Positions 38,151 through 48,521 are shown, counted from the first letter of the stretch. The stretch: DNA of 64,000 nt from Candidatus Thorarchaeota archaeon (GCA_048882325.1 JBHLRS010000011.1:1-64000), one strand, 5' to 3'. The notes: generated from the letters alone by a model not told the origin. Numbers and translations are program-made.

Positions 38151-39269
38151 ATGAAGCTTTCAAAAGGGAACGCGTATGATATGCTTACAGGAGTTGGGAT
38201 TCTCGGAACTGGTGGTGGAGGTGACCCCGTTTCGTTTGGCAAACCCATGGTAGACTGGGATTATGACAGGGATCGCGTCTATGAGATTACACCACCTGAT
38301 GAAGTTAGGGATGATGCTTTCATTGTATGTGGAGGATATATGGGATCAGTCAAGGCATTTACGTCCATTGGTGACATGCTTGAGGCTTGGGAAACCAGGT
38401 ACGAGCTTTACGAGGCTATGAAGATATCTGAAAGGATCACAGGCAAGAAAGTTGATCATCTTGTCCCCTTCGAGCTAGGGGGAACAAACACAACCGTTAT
38501 GCTTTCACTTGCAGCAAGAGCTGGCATAACAAGTGTTGACGGTGATGGTCTCGGTAGGTCCGCGCCTGAAACACAGATGATAACATTCGTTGGATATGGT
38601 ATAGAGCTCTGTCCAATGCCTGTGGTTACTAAAAATGGAAGCATTGTAATTGTCGATAAGACAACCTCTCCAGCACTGGCTGACGAGATAGGTCGATTTG
38701 CAGTTGTCCAAGATGGTGGTGCAGGAGCAAACAATCATTACTACCAATCAGGCGCTCAATTGAAGAAGGCTGTCATCCCCAATAGTATCTCAAAGTCCAT
38801 CAAGCTGGGTGAGGCAGTTCGTGATGCTAATGAGAACAAGAATGACCCAATTGATGCTTTTCTTGAAGTCGTGGGTGGACAAATGTTAATCCGAGGCAAA
38901 GTGGAGGAAGTCAAGGGTGAGGATCGAGCTGGACATTGGCATGTCTTAGTAAGCATCAAACCAGATAATCTCAACGGTCGGTTCGAGGTTGTCGTGAAGA
39001 ATGAGTATATGATGGCCATGAGCGATGGTGTTCCTGTTGTCATGTTCCCTGATCTCATATGTATGCACAATCCCAACACCGGATATGGCATCATGAGTGC
39101 TGATCTTAAGGAAGGTCTAGAGGTGGTTGTGACAGCCGTACCTGCGCATGAACGTCTGCGCTATGCGGGAAGTACTGAGATTGGGAAGAAAGCATTCTCC
39201 CCTGAGAGATATGGACATCCTGAGTTAGAGTACAAGCCAATGGAAGAGATAATAGGGCGTCTACATTAA
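38151..39269 (+). CDS. DUF917 family protein (second paralog)
   Basis: LGTGGGG, ELGG.N, VDGDGLGRSAPE, KNE, FPDLI. Confidence 0.85.
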   Translation: MKLSKGNAYDMLTGVGILGTGGGGDPVSFGKPMVDWDYDRDRVYEITPPDEVRDDAFIVCGGYMGSVKAFTSIGDMLEAWETRYELYEAMKISERITGKKVDHLVPFELGGTNTTVMLSLAARAGITSVDGDGLGRSAPETQMITFVGYGIELCPMPVVTKNGSIVIVDKTTSPALADEIGRFAVVQDGGAGANNHYYQSGAQLKKAVIPNSISKSIKLGEAVRDANENKNDPIDAFLEVVGGQMLIRGKVEEVKGEDRAGHWHVLVSIKPDNLNGRFEVVVKNEYMMAMSDGVPVVMFPDLICMHNPNTGYGIMSADLKEGLEVVVTAVPAHERLRYAGSTEIGKKAFSPERYGHPELEYKPMEEIIGRLH

Positions 39270-39316
39270 TTCACAGAGTCAGCTATTCTATCATCTCATG
39301 GAGGAGTAGGTATCAT

Positions 39317-40081
39317 ATGACGAAATTAGCCCTCATTGGTGCAACAGGTATTGATTGGTGGACAGACCCAAACAAGAAAGCCTTTGTAGAGCAACACACT
39401 CCACCGGGATGTGAGATTGGGAACTTCACACCCAGACATGGTACATATAGCGTCGAGTCACTCACTGACGAGGCTTACAATGCCCCTTTCATCCTTGAAC
39501 AGATTGTACGAGCGAACAAAGAGGGCTTTGATGTGATTGTCATAGACTGTGCATGCGATCCTGTTCTTGAAGCTGCCCGGGAAGTTTCGAATATTCCAGT
39601 TGTTGGACCGCGAAACACGGCTCTGCATCTTGCTCTGACACTTGGTAGAAAGTTTGGAGTCGTGACTGTTCAGGGAGAATCTCTGAAGAAATGTCTTGAA
39701 CATGGGATTAGAAAGGAAGGGCTGGAGTCTTTCTCAGCTGGAGTACGTTATCTCAAGTTACCGGTGTTGGACATTGCAAAGAAACCGGAGCAAGCCCAGA
39801 AAGCAATACTTCAAGAGAGCAGAGAACTTATTCAAGCAGGAGCTGATGTGATTGTTCTTGGTTGTACTGCTCTCTCACATGAGGTGGACCTCACGCCAAT
39901 AATGGATGAACTCAAGGTTCCAATCATAGACCCGTGGGTTGTAGCTGTGAAGAGTGCATTCATGCTTGTCGAATCTGGTTTAACACATAGTAAAGTTGCA
40001 TACCCTACTCCTCCAAAGAAGAAGATCAACGAATCTCCATCCTTAGAAGGCGCATTTGATCATGTCTTGAAGCAGGACTAA
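39317..40081 (+). CDS. Asp/Glu/hydantoin racemase family protein
   Basis: IDCACDP...AARE, LGCT two-cysteine active site. Confidence 0.88.
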   Translation: MTKLALIGATGIDWWTDPNKKAFVEQHTPPGCEIGNFTPRHGTYSVESLTDEAYNAPFILEQIVRANKEGFDVIVIDCACDPVLEAAREVSNIPVVGPRNTALHLALTLGRKFGVVTVQGESLKKCLEHGIRKEGLESFSAGVRYLKLPVLDIAKKPEQAQKAILQESRELIQAGADVIVLGCTALSHEVDLTPIMDELKVPIIDPWVVAVKSAFMLVESGLTHSKVAYPTPPKKKINESPSLEGAFDHVLKQD

Positions 40082-41319
40082 TCTTTTCTCAATAACAAAA
40101 GGATTAGAATGAGAACCACCAGTGCTAGTAACGCGTACATCATATAGGGGAGAGTCAATTCAATTCCCATCATCCAACCACCGACTATGGGTCCTAGGAA
40201 CAAGCCTACTCCACCCATACTTTCAACCAGACCAGCATGTGCTCCCTTCTCAATATCAGTCGCGGAGACTACTAGATAGAGGGCACCTAAGTAGTTTAAA
40301 CCCACTGCAATTCCAGAAAGAATCATCGCGATAGCAAATATCCAAATATCAATTAAGATGAACAGCATGAAACCTGAGAGAGCTGATAAAATCGCACCCA
40401 AGACTATTGCCCTCTTCATAAAATCTCCAGATAGTTTCGCAAGGATGATAAAAGTCATAGTCCTAGCTAGGTTCCAAATGAGTAACAAATTTCCAAAGTC
40501 CTCGATGACGAAGGGATATCCATGATCTCCCAAAATTTCGATATAGGACGGAAACAAACCAAGAATGACTGTAGAAACAACACCCCAAAGCATGACCGAG
40601 AGATATGATGCGATAAACAAAGGTGAACTCTTACTTACCTTTTTGGCATCTGTGGTAATTGATGTGGATATTGTTCCAGCATTCGATGATGATGGGAGGG
40701 ACTTTCGTTTATATCCTTGGAGAAATCCAGCAACGATCATCAGTGCAAGAATTTCAACTCCAAGAACCACAAAGATTCCTGACGTATCCCCATAGATGCC
40801 AGATAGATATGCTATCACCATTGGTGGTAGAATCATAGACGCACTCCATGAGGTTGAGAAATTTCCCAGTGTTGCTACTTGCGACTCTGGTTCAAGCTCA
40901 CTCACCATCCCCTCAATAGTGGGTGCAATAAATCCAAACGCAAATCCCTCTATCGCTCGTATTGCTACAAGTTGCCAAGGGCTTACAAATGGTAGGAGAT
41001 AGAGGAGAATTACAACAATATATCCTCCTGTGGAAAGAAGGAGTGTCCTCCTACGACCAATATTGTCGGATAGGCGACCACCAATCGCAGGAGAGAACAT
41101 ATAGACAAGTCCGAATATTCCAAATGCTAATCCAGATTCAAGCGGGGTGCCACCCATTCGCGTCGAATACCACGATGCAAAGATCTCAGTTGTACCAAGT
41201 GTGAAGACGGTGAAAAATGTAGTGATGTATCCAACCATTCTATTTCTTTTCTTGATGTCCCTTGTGAGGTCTGGTTCTCCAACTACATCTAGACAGAATG
41301 ATTCTTCGGTTTCGTGCAT
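40078..41319 (-). CDS. MFS transporter
   Basis: GRLSDNIGRR motif A; about 12 TM. Confidence 0.88.
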   Translation of the reverse strand: MHETEESFCLDVVGEPDLTRDIKKRNRMVGYITTFFTVFTLGTTEIFASWYSTRMGGTPLESGLAFGIFGLVYMFSPAIGGRLSDNIGRRRTLLLSTGGYIVVILLYLLPFVSPWQLVAIRAIEGFAFGFIAPTIEGMVSELEPESQVATLGNFSTSWSASMILPPMVIAYLSGIYGDTSGIFVVLGVEILALMIVAGFLQGYKRKSLPSSSNAGTISTSITTDAKKVSKSSPLFIASYLSVMLWGVVSTVILGLFPSYIEILGDHGYPFVIEDFGNLLLIWNLARTMTFIILAKLSGDFMKRAIVLGAILSALSGFMLFILIDIWIFAIAMILSGIAVGLNYLGALYLVVSATDIEKGAHAGLVESMGGVGLFLGPIVGGWMMGIELTLPYMMYALLALVVLILILLLLRKD

Positions 41320-41708
41320 CTACTCAAATCCTTTCACTAAAGTTGATTTGTTATTCTTGAATTCGACAATTTCGTCACTTACTTGCTCTGGTCCACAAAC
41401 AGTAAATGCAATAGTGCTGTTGACACATGCATCAAACTGAAATGGAAACCGACTACAGACCCGGTACCACGTTTTCGCGCTAAAGTTCAACTGGCTTCAA
41501 CTTCTTTGGTTAACCACCTGGAAAATGGCTCCTACTGAAATATGTTAGGATTACTCTGATTGTAAAAAAAGAAGTTAGTCAATACAATCATTATCAGACT
41601 TTATCCACATAATAAATTCAAGGCTATTACTAAATCCGCTCTTATCAAGACTATAGTTTCTTTTTTTTAACGCGAAGTTTTATTTGGTCTTCAAAGAACA
41701 TCGAGTTC

Positions 41709-43028
41709 ATGAATAATAGCTCAGAGCATGAGGAGATTAAAAAGTTTGTAAATAGAATCCGAATCATAGACACTCATGAACATCTTCCTCAAGAGCTAGA
41801 AAGAATTCAACAGAGTGTCGATGTGTTGGTTACTTTTTTCTCACATTACGCATCCTCTGATTTATGTTCAGCTGGAATGTCAGAGGAAGACCTTATAACA
41901 ATCAGAAACCCGGACATCCCGCTGGATCATAGATGGGTGATTTTTGAATCTTGGTGGGAGAAGATTAGAAACACCGGATATGCGCGATGCTTGGAGATCG
42001 TAGCCCGAGATTTGTATGATGTTGACGGAATCAACGCTGAAACATATCAAGAGCTATCAGAGAAAATTAAACGTAGAAACACGAAGGGATTATACAATTG
42101 GGTTCTCAAGAAATCCTCTGGAATTGATATATCAATAAACAACGCCCTCGATTACAGCGTTGACAACATGGACAGAGCATTTTTCAGACCAGTTAGACAA
42201 TTTGGCGACTTTCTTTATGTAAGAGATAGGCATACGCTGGAACAGCTAGGAAAGCAGGTCGGAGGTTCAATTCATACTTTCGGTGAGTTAGTTTCAGCGT
42301 TGGAGTCAGAGTTCGACAGACTTCAAGAAAAGATTGTTGGTGTGAAAATCAGTCTAGCTTATACACGTCCTATCTATTTCGAGAGAGTGTCCTTCGCGGA
42401 AGCTGATAACGCATTCAACGAGATATTCAAGAGAAATAAGTTCAGTGTTTTTGAAACCACTGAAATTCAAAAAGTAGTCCCCGAAGTTATTGATTCAAAC
42501 TCGCATCAAATAATCCAAGACTACTTGATACACAAAATCATTAGAGAAGCCATGAAGAGGAAGCTACCAATCCAGATTCACACAGGACTACAGGAGGGTA
42601 ATGAGAACATTCTCTCCAACTCCAACCCTGAATTGCTGACAAACCTATTCATGGAGTATAAGGAAGCTCGATTCGACATATTCCATGGCGCTTGGCCGTA
42701 TAGTGATGAACTTGGAGCAATAGCGAAAAACTTCCACAACGTATACATTGACATGTGCTGGATGCACATTATTTCACCAAACCGTTCTCAAACTGCGTTG
42801 GCACAGTGGCTAGATGAAGTACCTGCAAATAAAATACTTGGATTCGGTGGGGACTATCTATTCGTTGAAGGGGTTTACGGTCATTCAGTTCTGGCTAGAA
42901 AGAACGTCGTTGACGTATTAACCTTAAAAGTGAATGACAAAGTTTACTCGTTGGATCAAGCGAAGAGATACGCTCAGTGGCTTTTGAGAGAAAACGCTTT
43001 GCAACTTTACTTTCCTCAAGGTCTTTAG
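41709..43028 (+). CDS. Amidohydrolase superfamily protein (uronate-isomerase-like N-terminus)
   Basis: IIDTHEHL, QIHTG, FH..WP, DMCW, GFGGD, ENA..LY. Confidence 0.8.
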   Translation: MNNSSEHEEIKKFVNRIRIIDTHEHLPQELERIQQSVDVLVTFFSHYASSDLCSAGMSEEDLITIRNPDIPLDHRWVIFESWWEKIRNTGYARCLEIVARDLYDVDGINAETYQELSEKIKRRNTKGLYNWVLKKSSGIDISINNALDYSVDNMDRAFFRPVRQFGDFLYVRDRHTLEQLGKQVGGSIHTFGELVSALESEFDRLQEKIVGVKISLAYTRPIYFERVSFAEADNAFNEIFKRNKFSVFETTEIQKVVPEVIDSNSHQIIQDYLIHKIIREAMKRKLPIQIHTGLQEGNENILSNSNPELLTNLFMEYKEARFDIFHGAWPYSDELGAIAKNFHNVYIDMCWMHIISPNRSQTALAQWLDEVPANKILGFGGDYLFVEGVYGHSVLARKNVVDVLTLKVNDKVYSLDQAKRYAQWLLRENALQLYFPQGL

Positions 43029-43211
43029 GATAGGTCTGATCAATAGAGCAATGCATTTGTAAAATCGGATTCAAGAGAAGAATTGTAACCGAGTCTATAC
43101 ACTGATCAAGAATTAAGAATCTATTTTAAGAAATTCATCCGAACTGAATTAGGGTTATTCAGTGAACATCCCAAAAAGCTAAAGGCAATAGATTTTAAGA
43201 GTCATGGACTG

Positions 43212-43790
43212 GTGAGTCATTGTGTGATACCTGTGCGTAGTGATGAAGAATCCCCAAGATTTCCGGATGAGCTCCTGGTAGATCACATGGATGAATTCGA
43301 TCGGTCCGGTGATTTCCGTGAGGGTGCCTATATACTTCTCTCTCATCACCCCCCTTCGATGTATGCTCATTGCCTTCGTGTATCCTTCAAAGGTCGTTCT
43401 CTTTATCTTTGTGGACGATGCAGTGGAATCTACAGTGGGCTTGGTGGAGGTCTACTTTTCCTCTTCATTTTTGGGATTCAACTCACACCTGAGTGGTTCT
43501 GGTTCTTTGTTGCAGTGGTTCTTGGCTTTACAACAGTTATTGATTGGATGAGCCAACGACTCACTCCTAGAAAGACTACTAACTTTGTGAGAGCGTCAAC
43601 GGGATTCATGAGTGGGTTGGCACTTGCTATCATCTTCTACCTGGCAAATCTACTTTACATGTTGGTTGCTTTAGCTGTGATGAGTGCATCTATCGGGATT
43701 GTCGGTCTCATTGAAAACAGGCGTCGAACTGCTTACTATAAGACGATTCAGGTCGAAATGGACGCAACACCTGAAGCTACCACTCAGTAG
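43212..43790 (+). CDS. DUF2085 membrane protein
   Basis: HH...C....LCGRCSGIY.G...IDW..Q...TN.VR..TG; true start probably further downstream. Confidence 0.75.
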   Translation: MSHCVIPVRSDEESPRFPDELLVDHMDEFDRSGDFREGAYILLSHHPPSMYAHCLRVSFKGRSLYLCGRCSGIYSGLGGGLLFLFIFGIQLTPEWFWFFVAVVLGFTTVIDWMSQRLTPRKTTNFVRASTGFMSGLALAIIFYLANLLYMLVALAVMSASIGIVGLIENRRRTAYYKTIQVEMDATPEATTQ

Positions 43791-43857
43791 CAGTACATTT
43801 GTAACACATGCCAAAGGGTTTTATTCCAACTAGAATTCCAGCCATATGTGAACTGGC

Positions 43858-44994
43858 ATGATCCCATTTGCGAAACCTGTAATTGGCGAAGAAGAAATCG
43901 AAGCAGTTAGACGAGTTCTTGAATCTGGGATGCTCGCTGAAGGCAAGGTTTCCCGCGAGCTTGAAAAACAATACGCAGAGTATACAGGGACCAAGTATGC
44001 CACTGTTACAAGTAATGGTACAACTGCGTTAAGTACCGCTTTGGAAGCAATGGGTCTGGAACCGGGAGATGAAGTCATTACATCTCCTTTCACGTTCATT
44101 GCCTCTGCCAATTCGATTGCTATGGTGGGAGCAATACCAGTCTTTGTTGATGTCAAACCCGACACATACAACATCGATCCTGATCTGATAGAGGATGCAA
44201 TAACGGACAAGGCACGAGCAATCATGCCTGTCCATATCTTTGGAATGCCCGCTGATATGAAGCACATTTTGGACATTGCAGATTCCCATGACCTCCTGGT
44301 CATAGAGGATGCCTGTCAGGCTCATGGAGCTGAGGTCGATGGGAAAAGGGTTGGATCACTTGGTCATGTTGCCTGTTTCTCTTTTTATGCAACTAAGAAT
44401 ATGATGACCGGGGAGGGTGGAATGATTACCACCGATAATGAGGAACTCTATGATGAGATCCTAATGGTCAAGAATCATGGTCGTGGAAAACAGGGCGGAT
44501 ATAGTCACTTCAGAATTGGATACAACAACCGAATGATGGACATTGTTTCTGCCCTAGGAATCGAGCAAATGAAGCGGCTTCCAGAAGCAGTACAACAGCG
44601 AAGAAAAAACGCTCATGAACTGGATAACTTCTTTGCAGAATATGATTCAATCAACCCTCAGGTTGAAGAGGAGGGATTGAAGTCTTCTTACCATATCTAT
44701 GCACCACTTCTATATTCTGATAAAATGAATAGAGATGAGATTGTGACTGCTCTCCGTGATCAGGGTGTTGGGGCGAGAGCTGTATATGCCTTACCCTGTC
44801 ACAAACAAGAAACATATCTCAACATCCAAGAATGGCGTTGGGCAAAATTCGTCGATTATCCAGACTACTCAGCTGTGACTCTCCCAGTGTCTGAAGAGAT
44901 TGGTCTTAGACACTTCGATATCCCTGTACATCCTAGTCTTACTAGTGGGGAGAAGGAACAAATCAAGAACGCGTTCACTAAGATTCTGAGCTAG
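43858..44994 (+). CDS. DegT/DnrJ/EryC1/StrS sugar aminotransferase
   Basis: NGT.AL, FTFIASAN, EDACQAHG, FSFYATKNM.TGEGG. Confidence 0.92.
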   Translation: MIPFAKPVIGEEEIEAVRRVLESGMLAEGKVSRELEKQYAEYTGTKYATVTSNGTTALSTALEAMGLEPGDEVITSPFTFIASANSIAMVGAIPVFVDVKPDTYNIDPDLIEDAITDKARAIMPVHIFGMPADMKHILDIADSHDLLVIEDACQAHGAEVDGKRVGSLGHVACFSFYATKNMMTGEGGMITTDNEELYDEILMVKNHGRGKQGGYSHFRIGYNNRMMDIVSALGIEQMKRLPEAVQQRRKNAHELDNFFAEYDSINPQVEEEGLKSSYHIYAPLLYSDKMNRDEIVTALRDQGVGARAVYALPCHKQETYLNIQEWRWAKFVDYPDYSAVTLPVSEEIGLRHFDIPVHPSLTSGEKEQIKNAFTKILS

Positions 44995-45640
44995 GTCTCT
45001 CGAAATGCGGAAGAATCGAACGAAGGTCTTTCGACTTGATGGTCACAGAAGCCACATCACTCACCTGTTCGTCCACAGGATTGAAAGCTATACTAAAAGC
45101 AGAAATCTTGAACAGATCGATATCGTTAACTCCATTTCCAACACTTGCAATGGATTCAATAGGATGCCCCTTGATTTGAGCATACTGCCATATTGTGGTA
45201 ACCTTCTCAGGAGCTCCCATAATGAACTGTACGGTTCCATCATGGACCTCATTCTCAGATCCTAAAATATGAGAATATGCAAAATCCAACTGCAACCTTC
45301 TTGTCAATGGTTCCATGAAGAACTGGCTGACACCGCTTGAGATACAACCAACCTCATACCCCCATTCGCGAAGTGTGGCAACTGTTTCCTCTGCACCTTT
45401 CATCAATGGCAGACTCCTAACAAGATAGTGATAGGCAGCATCGATGGGAACTCCTTTCCATATCTTGGCACCTTCAATGACTGATTTTCGAAGGTCCATG
45501 TTCTCTCGCTCAATTTTTTCAAGAAGTTGCAGATACTTCTCTTTCAAGCCTACCTGTTGACCTATTGCAAAGGATGCATTAGCCCCATCATAGAGAACCC
45601 CATCCAAATCCAGTGAGATTACTCTGATATCTGAGGTCAT
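44978..45640 (-). CDS. HAD-superfamily phosphatase, phosphoserine phosphatase-like
   Basis: DLDGVL, ISSG, K, VGNGVNDI; ATG 45640. Confidence 0.82.
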   Translation of the reverse strand: MTSDIRVISLDLDGVLYDGANASFAIGQQVGLKEKYLQLLEKIERENMDLRKSVIEGAKIWKGVPIDAAYHYLVRSLPLMKGAEETVATLREWGYEVGCISSGVSQFFMEPLTRRLQLDFAYSHILGSENEVHDGTVQFIMGAPEKVTTIWQYAQIKGHPIESIASVGNGVNDIDLFKISAFSIAFNPVDEQVSDVASVTIKSKDLRSILPHFERPSSES

Positions 45641-45723
45641 CTGACGTTCCTTATCCTTCTCAATTTGGTGAGGATGCCACACCAGTAACAGTAATTATCA
45701 CTTTTGCTGGTGTCCCTACTGCC

Positions 45724-46875
45724 ATGAACATCATTAGCAAGAGTGGGTTGGGAACAATCAACGAGATTAAGAAGCGGTTTCGTCGAAAAAGATCCGACGA
45801 AGAACTTACTTTTGATGTTGGTCGAATGAATCGAGACCTCCTCGAGCGTCTTCTAGTGGTTTGTGGGAGGGTGGGAAACGAAAATGCTCTCCAATATGAG
45901 AACAAGGCTAAAGAGTTGGATTCCGACTTCATCTTGGAAAAAGGTAGGTCGTGGGTCCTGACACATAAAACAATTCGTGAGAACTATGATCCCACTTATC
46001 ACAAAGGCATACTCCTGATTGGAACGAACAAGGAGTTGCCAGCGACGCAGATTTCATACGAGGGGACCTATGGTTTTACTGATTGGTTTATGTCTGATCT
46101 AGACCAAGATGGAATTCCCGATTTCCCCTTGGGACGAATTTTTGGCCCCCCCGAAACAGTGCTCTATCATATGGATCCATCAATTATTGATAGCGATATA
46201 GCTATTGTCTTTGATAGTCAGCCTGGCAGATCTGACCGTCATGTCAAGGCGCTTGCTGAACTTGGATTTGATGTTGAGGTCTTACATAAGTATACTAAAG
46301 ATGAGGCGAAGCTGCTTTCAGTTAGTGAGTTTATCCTTCAATTCTCCGATGGTGTGTTCACAGCACGGATTCATGGAACTCCTGATCGCTGGGCTACTCA
46401 TAATTCAGTAATCTTGACGTATGAACAGGCATCTGCAATTCAATTTCAAGGATATCCCGTAGTCTATTCAGAAGCTTGTAGTACTGCGCAAGAAGGGCCT
46501 CTCCTGAAGGCATTCCTTAACTCAGGAGCTGCATATATTGGTGCAACACTTGACACGATGAACAATGTTGAACCCTTTGATGACTGGAAGCTATGTGCAT
46601 ACTGTGATGGATGGAAATTCGGATTTCTTGACTTGTTAGATTCTCATGAACTCATTGGTGAAGTAAAACTAGGAGTCGACAGAACACTAACCGAAAATCT
46701 AGATGCAAAGGTCTTTGCGGAGCTTGAAAGTGTACGGAATGGTGATACAACAACATTCACTAACGATATGGCGGTGTCAACGGCTGAATGGATTCTTTAT
46801 GGAAATCCATTGAGACGCGCCCCAATTGGTCCGAATGCAGATTTCACACCTGGCCGGATTGTAGTCGATACGTAA
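45724..46875 (+). CDS. Peptidase C25 (gingipain/caspase-hemoglobinase fold)-like protein without signal peptide
   Basis: TDWFMSDLDQDGIPDFPLGRI, IHG, SEACST, YIGAT, LYGNP. Confidence 0.65.
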   Translation: MNIISKSGLGTINEIKKRFRRKRSDEELTFDVGRMNRDLLERLLVVCGRVGNENALQYENKAKELDSDFILEKGRSWVLTHKTIRENYDPTYHKGILLIGTNKELPATQISYEGTYGFTDWFMSDLDQDGIPDFPLGRIFGPPETVLYHMDPSIIDSDIAIVFDSQPGRSDRHVKALAELGFDVEVLHKYTKDEAKLLSVSEFILQFSDGVFTARIHGTPDRWATHNSVILTYEQASAIQFQGYPVVYSEACSTAQEGPLLKAFLNSGAAYIGATLDTMNNVEPFDDWKLCAYCDGWKFGFLDLLDSHELIGEVKLGVDRTLTENLDAKVFAELESVRNGDTTTFTNDMAVSTAEWILYGNPLRRAPIGPNADFTPGRIVVDT

Positions 46876-46876
46876 A

Positions 46877-47224
46877 CTATTTTCGAGCCTTGGTTGCGAT
46901 TAGCGCTCCCATCAATCCGCCGACTGCACCAATTAAACCCATGATGAGAATCGCAATCATCACGGAAACAGGATCATTTACGAAACCTAACAACCACTCA
47001 GAGATAACGAAGACAATGCAATAGCTCAGAAGAGACCCAATAAATGAGATTGCCAACGCATGTTTGTATTTAACGACCAAGAAACCTACGATCACTCCAG
47101 TAAATAACGGTGCTAAAAAATTCAGAATGAAGAACAGCCCGAAATTGAATAGGATTGCTACTAATACCATCAACAATGACCTAACCAATTGATTATCTAA
47201 CCACGAACTCGAAGTGCTCTCCAT
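46877..47224 (-). CDS. Small hypothetical membrane protein (about 4 TM)
   Basis: Highly hydrophobic 115-aa ORF with GxxxG motifs. Confidence 0.7.
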   Translation of the reverse strand: MESTSSSWLDNQLVRSLLMVLVAILFNFGLFFILNFLAPLFTGVIVGFLVVKYKHALAISFIGSLLSYCIVFVISEWLLGFVNDPVSVMIAILIMGLIGAVGGLMGALIATKARK

Positions 47225-47349
47225 AGTATCTCATCTTCTCATCCAGTGGTCATGTTATAACCGTGGCGTTGTGTAGCTGAAATATGATAGATTCAAAAAG
47301 CCTCACGTTTCAACAATCTAAGCCACATTGTGGTTGCGAGGAGAAACAA

Positions 47350-47463
47350 TTGAGTGTAGAAGATGAGTCAGCAGGTGACAAAGTAAAGGGCACCTTCAAG
47401 ATCAAATTGCACGCTCCAAGAAATCCCTTCAAACGAAACCCTTTCAAAAAGGATAAGGAGTAG
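47350..47463 (+). CDS. Unannotated 37-aa microprotein MSVEDESAGDKVKGTFKIKLHAPRNPFKRNPFKKDKE
   Basis: GAGGAG RBS 6 nt before a TTG start; lies in an otherwise empty 300-bp gap. Confidence 0.5.
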   Translation: MSVEDESAGDKVKGTFKIKLHAPRNPFKRNPFKKDKE

Positions 47464-47525
47464 TTTCAGGCAGATACAATTGTGCAATATACACAAAAAA
47501 CAAGCGTCTGCTTGAAATCAATCTA

Positions 47526-48455
47526 GTGGACGCTTTTGTCTTTCTAAGAGTGATTCAATTGTCATTCCGCGTAAATGTTCCTCAAGGTTATGACTTACTT
47601 TCATCTGTCCATTCATGGATATATCCAGACATCCAACCGGTACCCGAGAAGACCGGAGAAGGATACTTTGGTCGAGTATACAACGTTGAAGGTCAACAGG
47701 TTGCCTTAATCTTCAGACAAAGGAGACCTGGTGGAAATCTGAGAATCACTTACTCAGACTATGACCACCCGAAACAGACTCTACGAAAGCTGGTTGAACG
47801 AACTTTGAATCTAAGATTCAAAATCGATGATGCACTGAAACAGATTCGAGCTGATGAAAAAATATCATTTATTGCTCCATTGGTTTCTGGCGTTAGACCT
47901 TACATGTCTCCAACTCCTTACGAAGCGTTGATGAAGACCATTATACAGCAGCAAGTGTCTTACAAGGCTGCAAATGTCTTTACAAAGAGAATGGTACTCG
48001 GTCTTGCAAAGCCACTTTCGTTCGAGAATCAGGACTGGTACAGTTTTCCAGATGCTAGAAGAATCGCGATAACAGGTGTGGATGGCTTGAAGCAGTTTGG
48101 TTTTGGTTACAAGGCTGACTATATTCAGCATTCTGCAACACTCATTGCTAACGGACATTTGGAACTAGATTCTCTCCTCGGGAAATCTTACGAGGAGGTA
48201 GTCAAACAACTAAAACCAATCCGCGGTATAGGAGAATGGACAATACGAGTTCTGTCCTTGGCTGGATTGGGGAACTTCTCAGTCTTTGCCTATGATGATC
48301 TTGTGATACAGAAGATATTAGGAAACTTATACAACAAGGGTCAGAGAATGACCTCAAAACAGGTCCATCAGCATGCTGAGTCATGGGGTGCTTCCAGCAC
48401 AATGGTGCTTTACCTTTTAATGAGTGCTGAAGTACTCGGATATCTTAGTATCTGA
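47526..48455 (+). CDS. alkA: DNA-3-methyladenine glycosylase II (AlkA, HhH-GPD)
   Basis: EAL..TII.QQVS, FP, GFGYKA.YI, L..IRGIGEWT, DL. Confidence 0.82.
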   Translation: MDAFVFLRVIQLSFRVNVPQGYDLLSSVHSWIYPDIQPVPEKTGEGYFGRVYNVEGQQVALIFRQRRPGGNLRITYSDYDHPKQTLRKLVERTLNLRFKIDDALKQIRADEKISFIAPLVSGVRPYMSPTPYEALMKTIIQQQVSYKAANVFTKRMVLGLAKPLSFENQDWYSFPDARRIAITGVDGLKQFGFGYKADYIQHSATLIANGHLELDSLLGKSYEEVVKQLKPIRGIGEWTIRVLSLAGLGNFSVFAYDDLVIQKILGNLYNKGQRMTSKQVHQHAESWGASSTMVLYLLMSAEVLGYLSI

Positions 48456-48521
48456 AACCTGCAGAAAACCCATAAAAGGCCTCTAGCTGAAAAACCAGAC
48501 TGACAAGTCAGGTGAATACCT

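Noticed and set aside
41320-41708. 390-bp intergenic gap as hidden gene or RNA
   Set aside because: No convincing ORF or extended pairing found; consistent with a divergent promoter region
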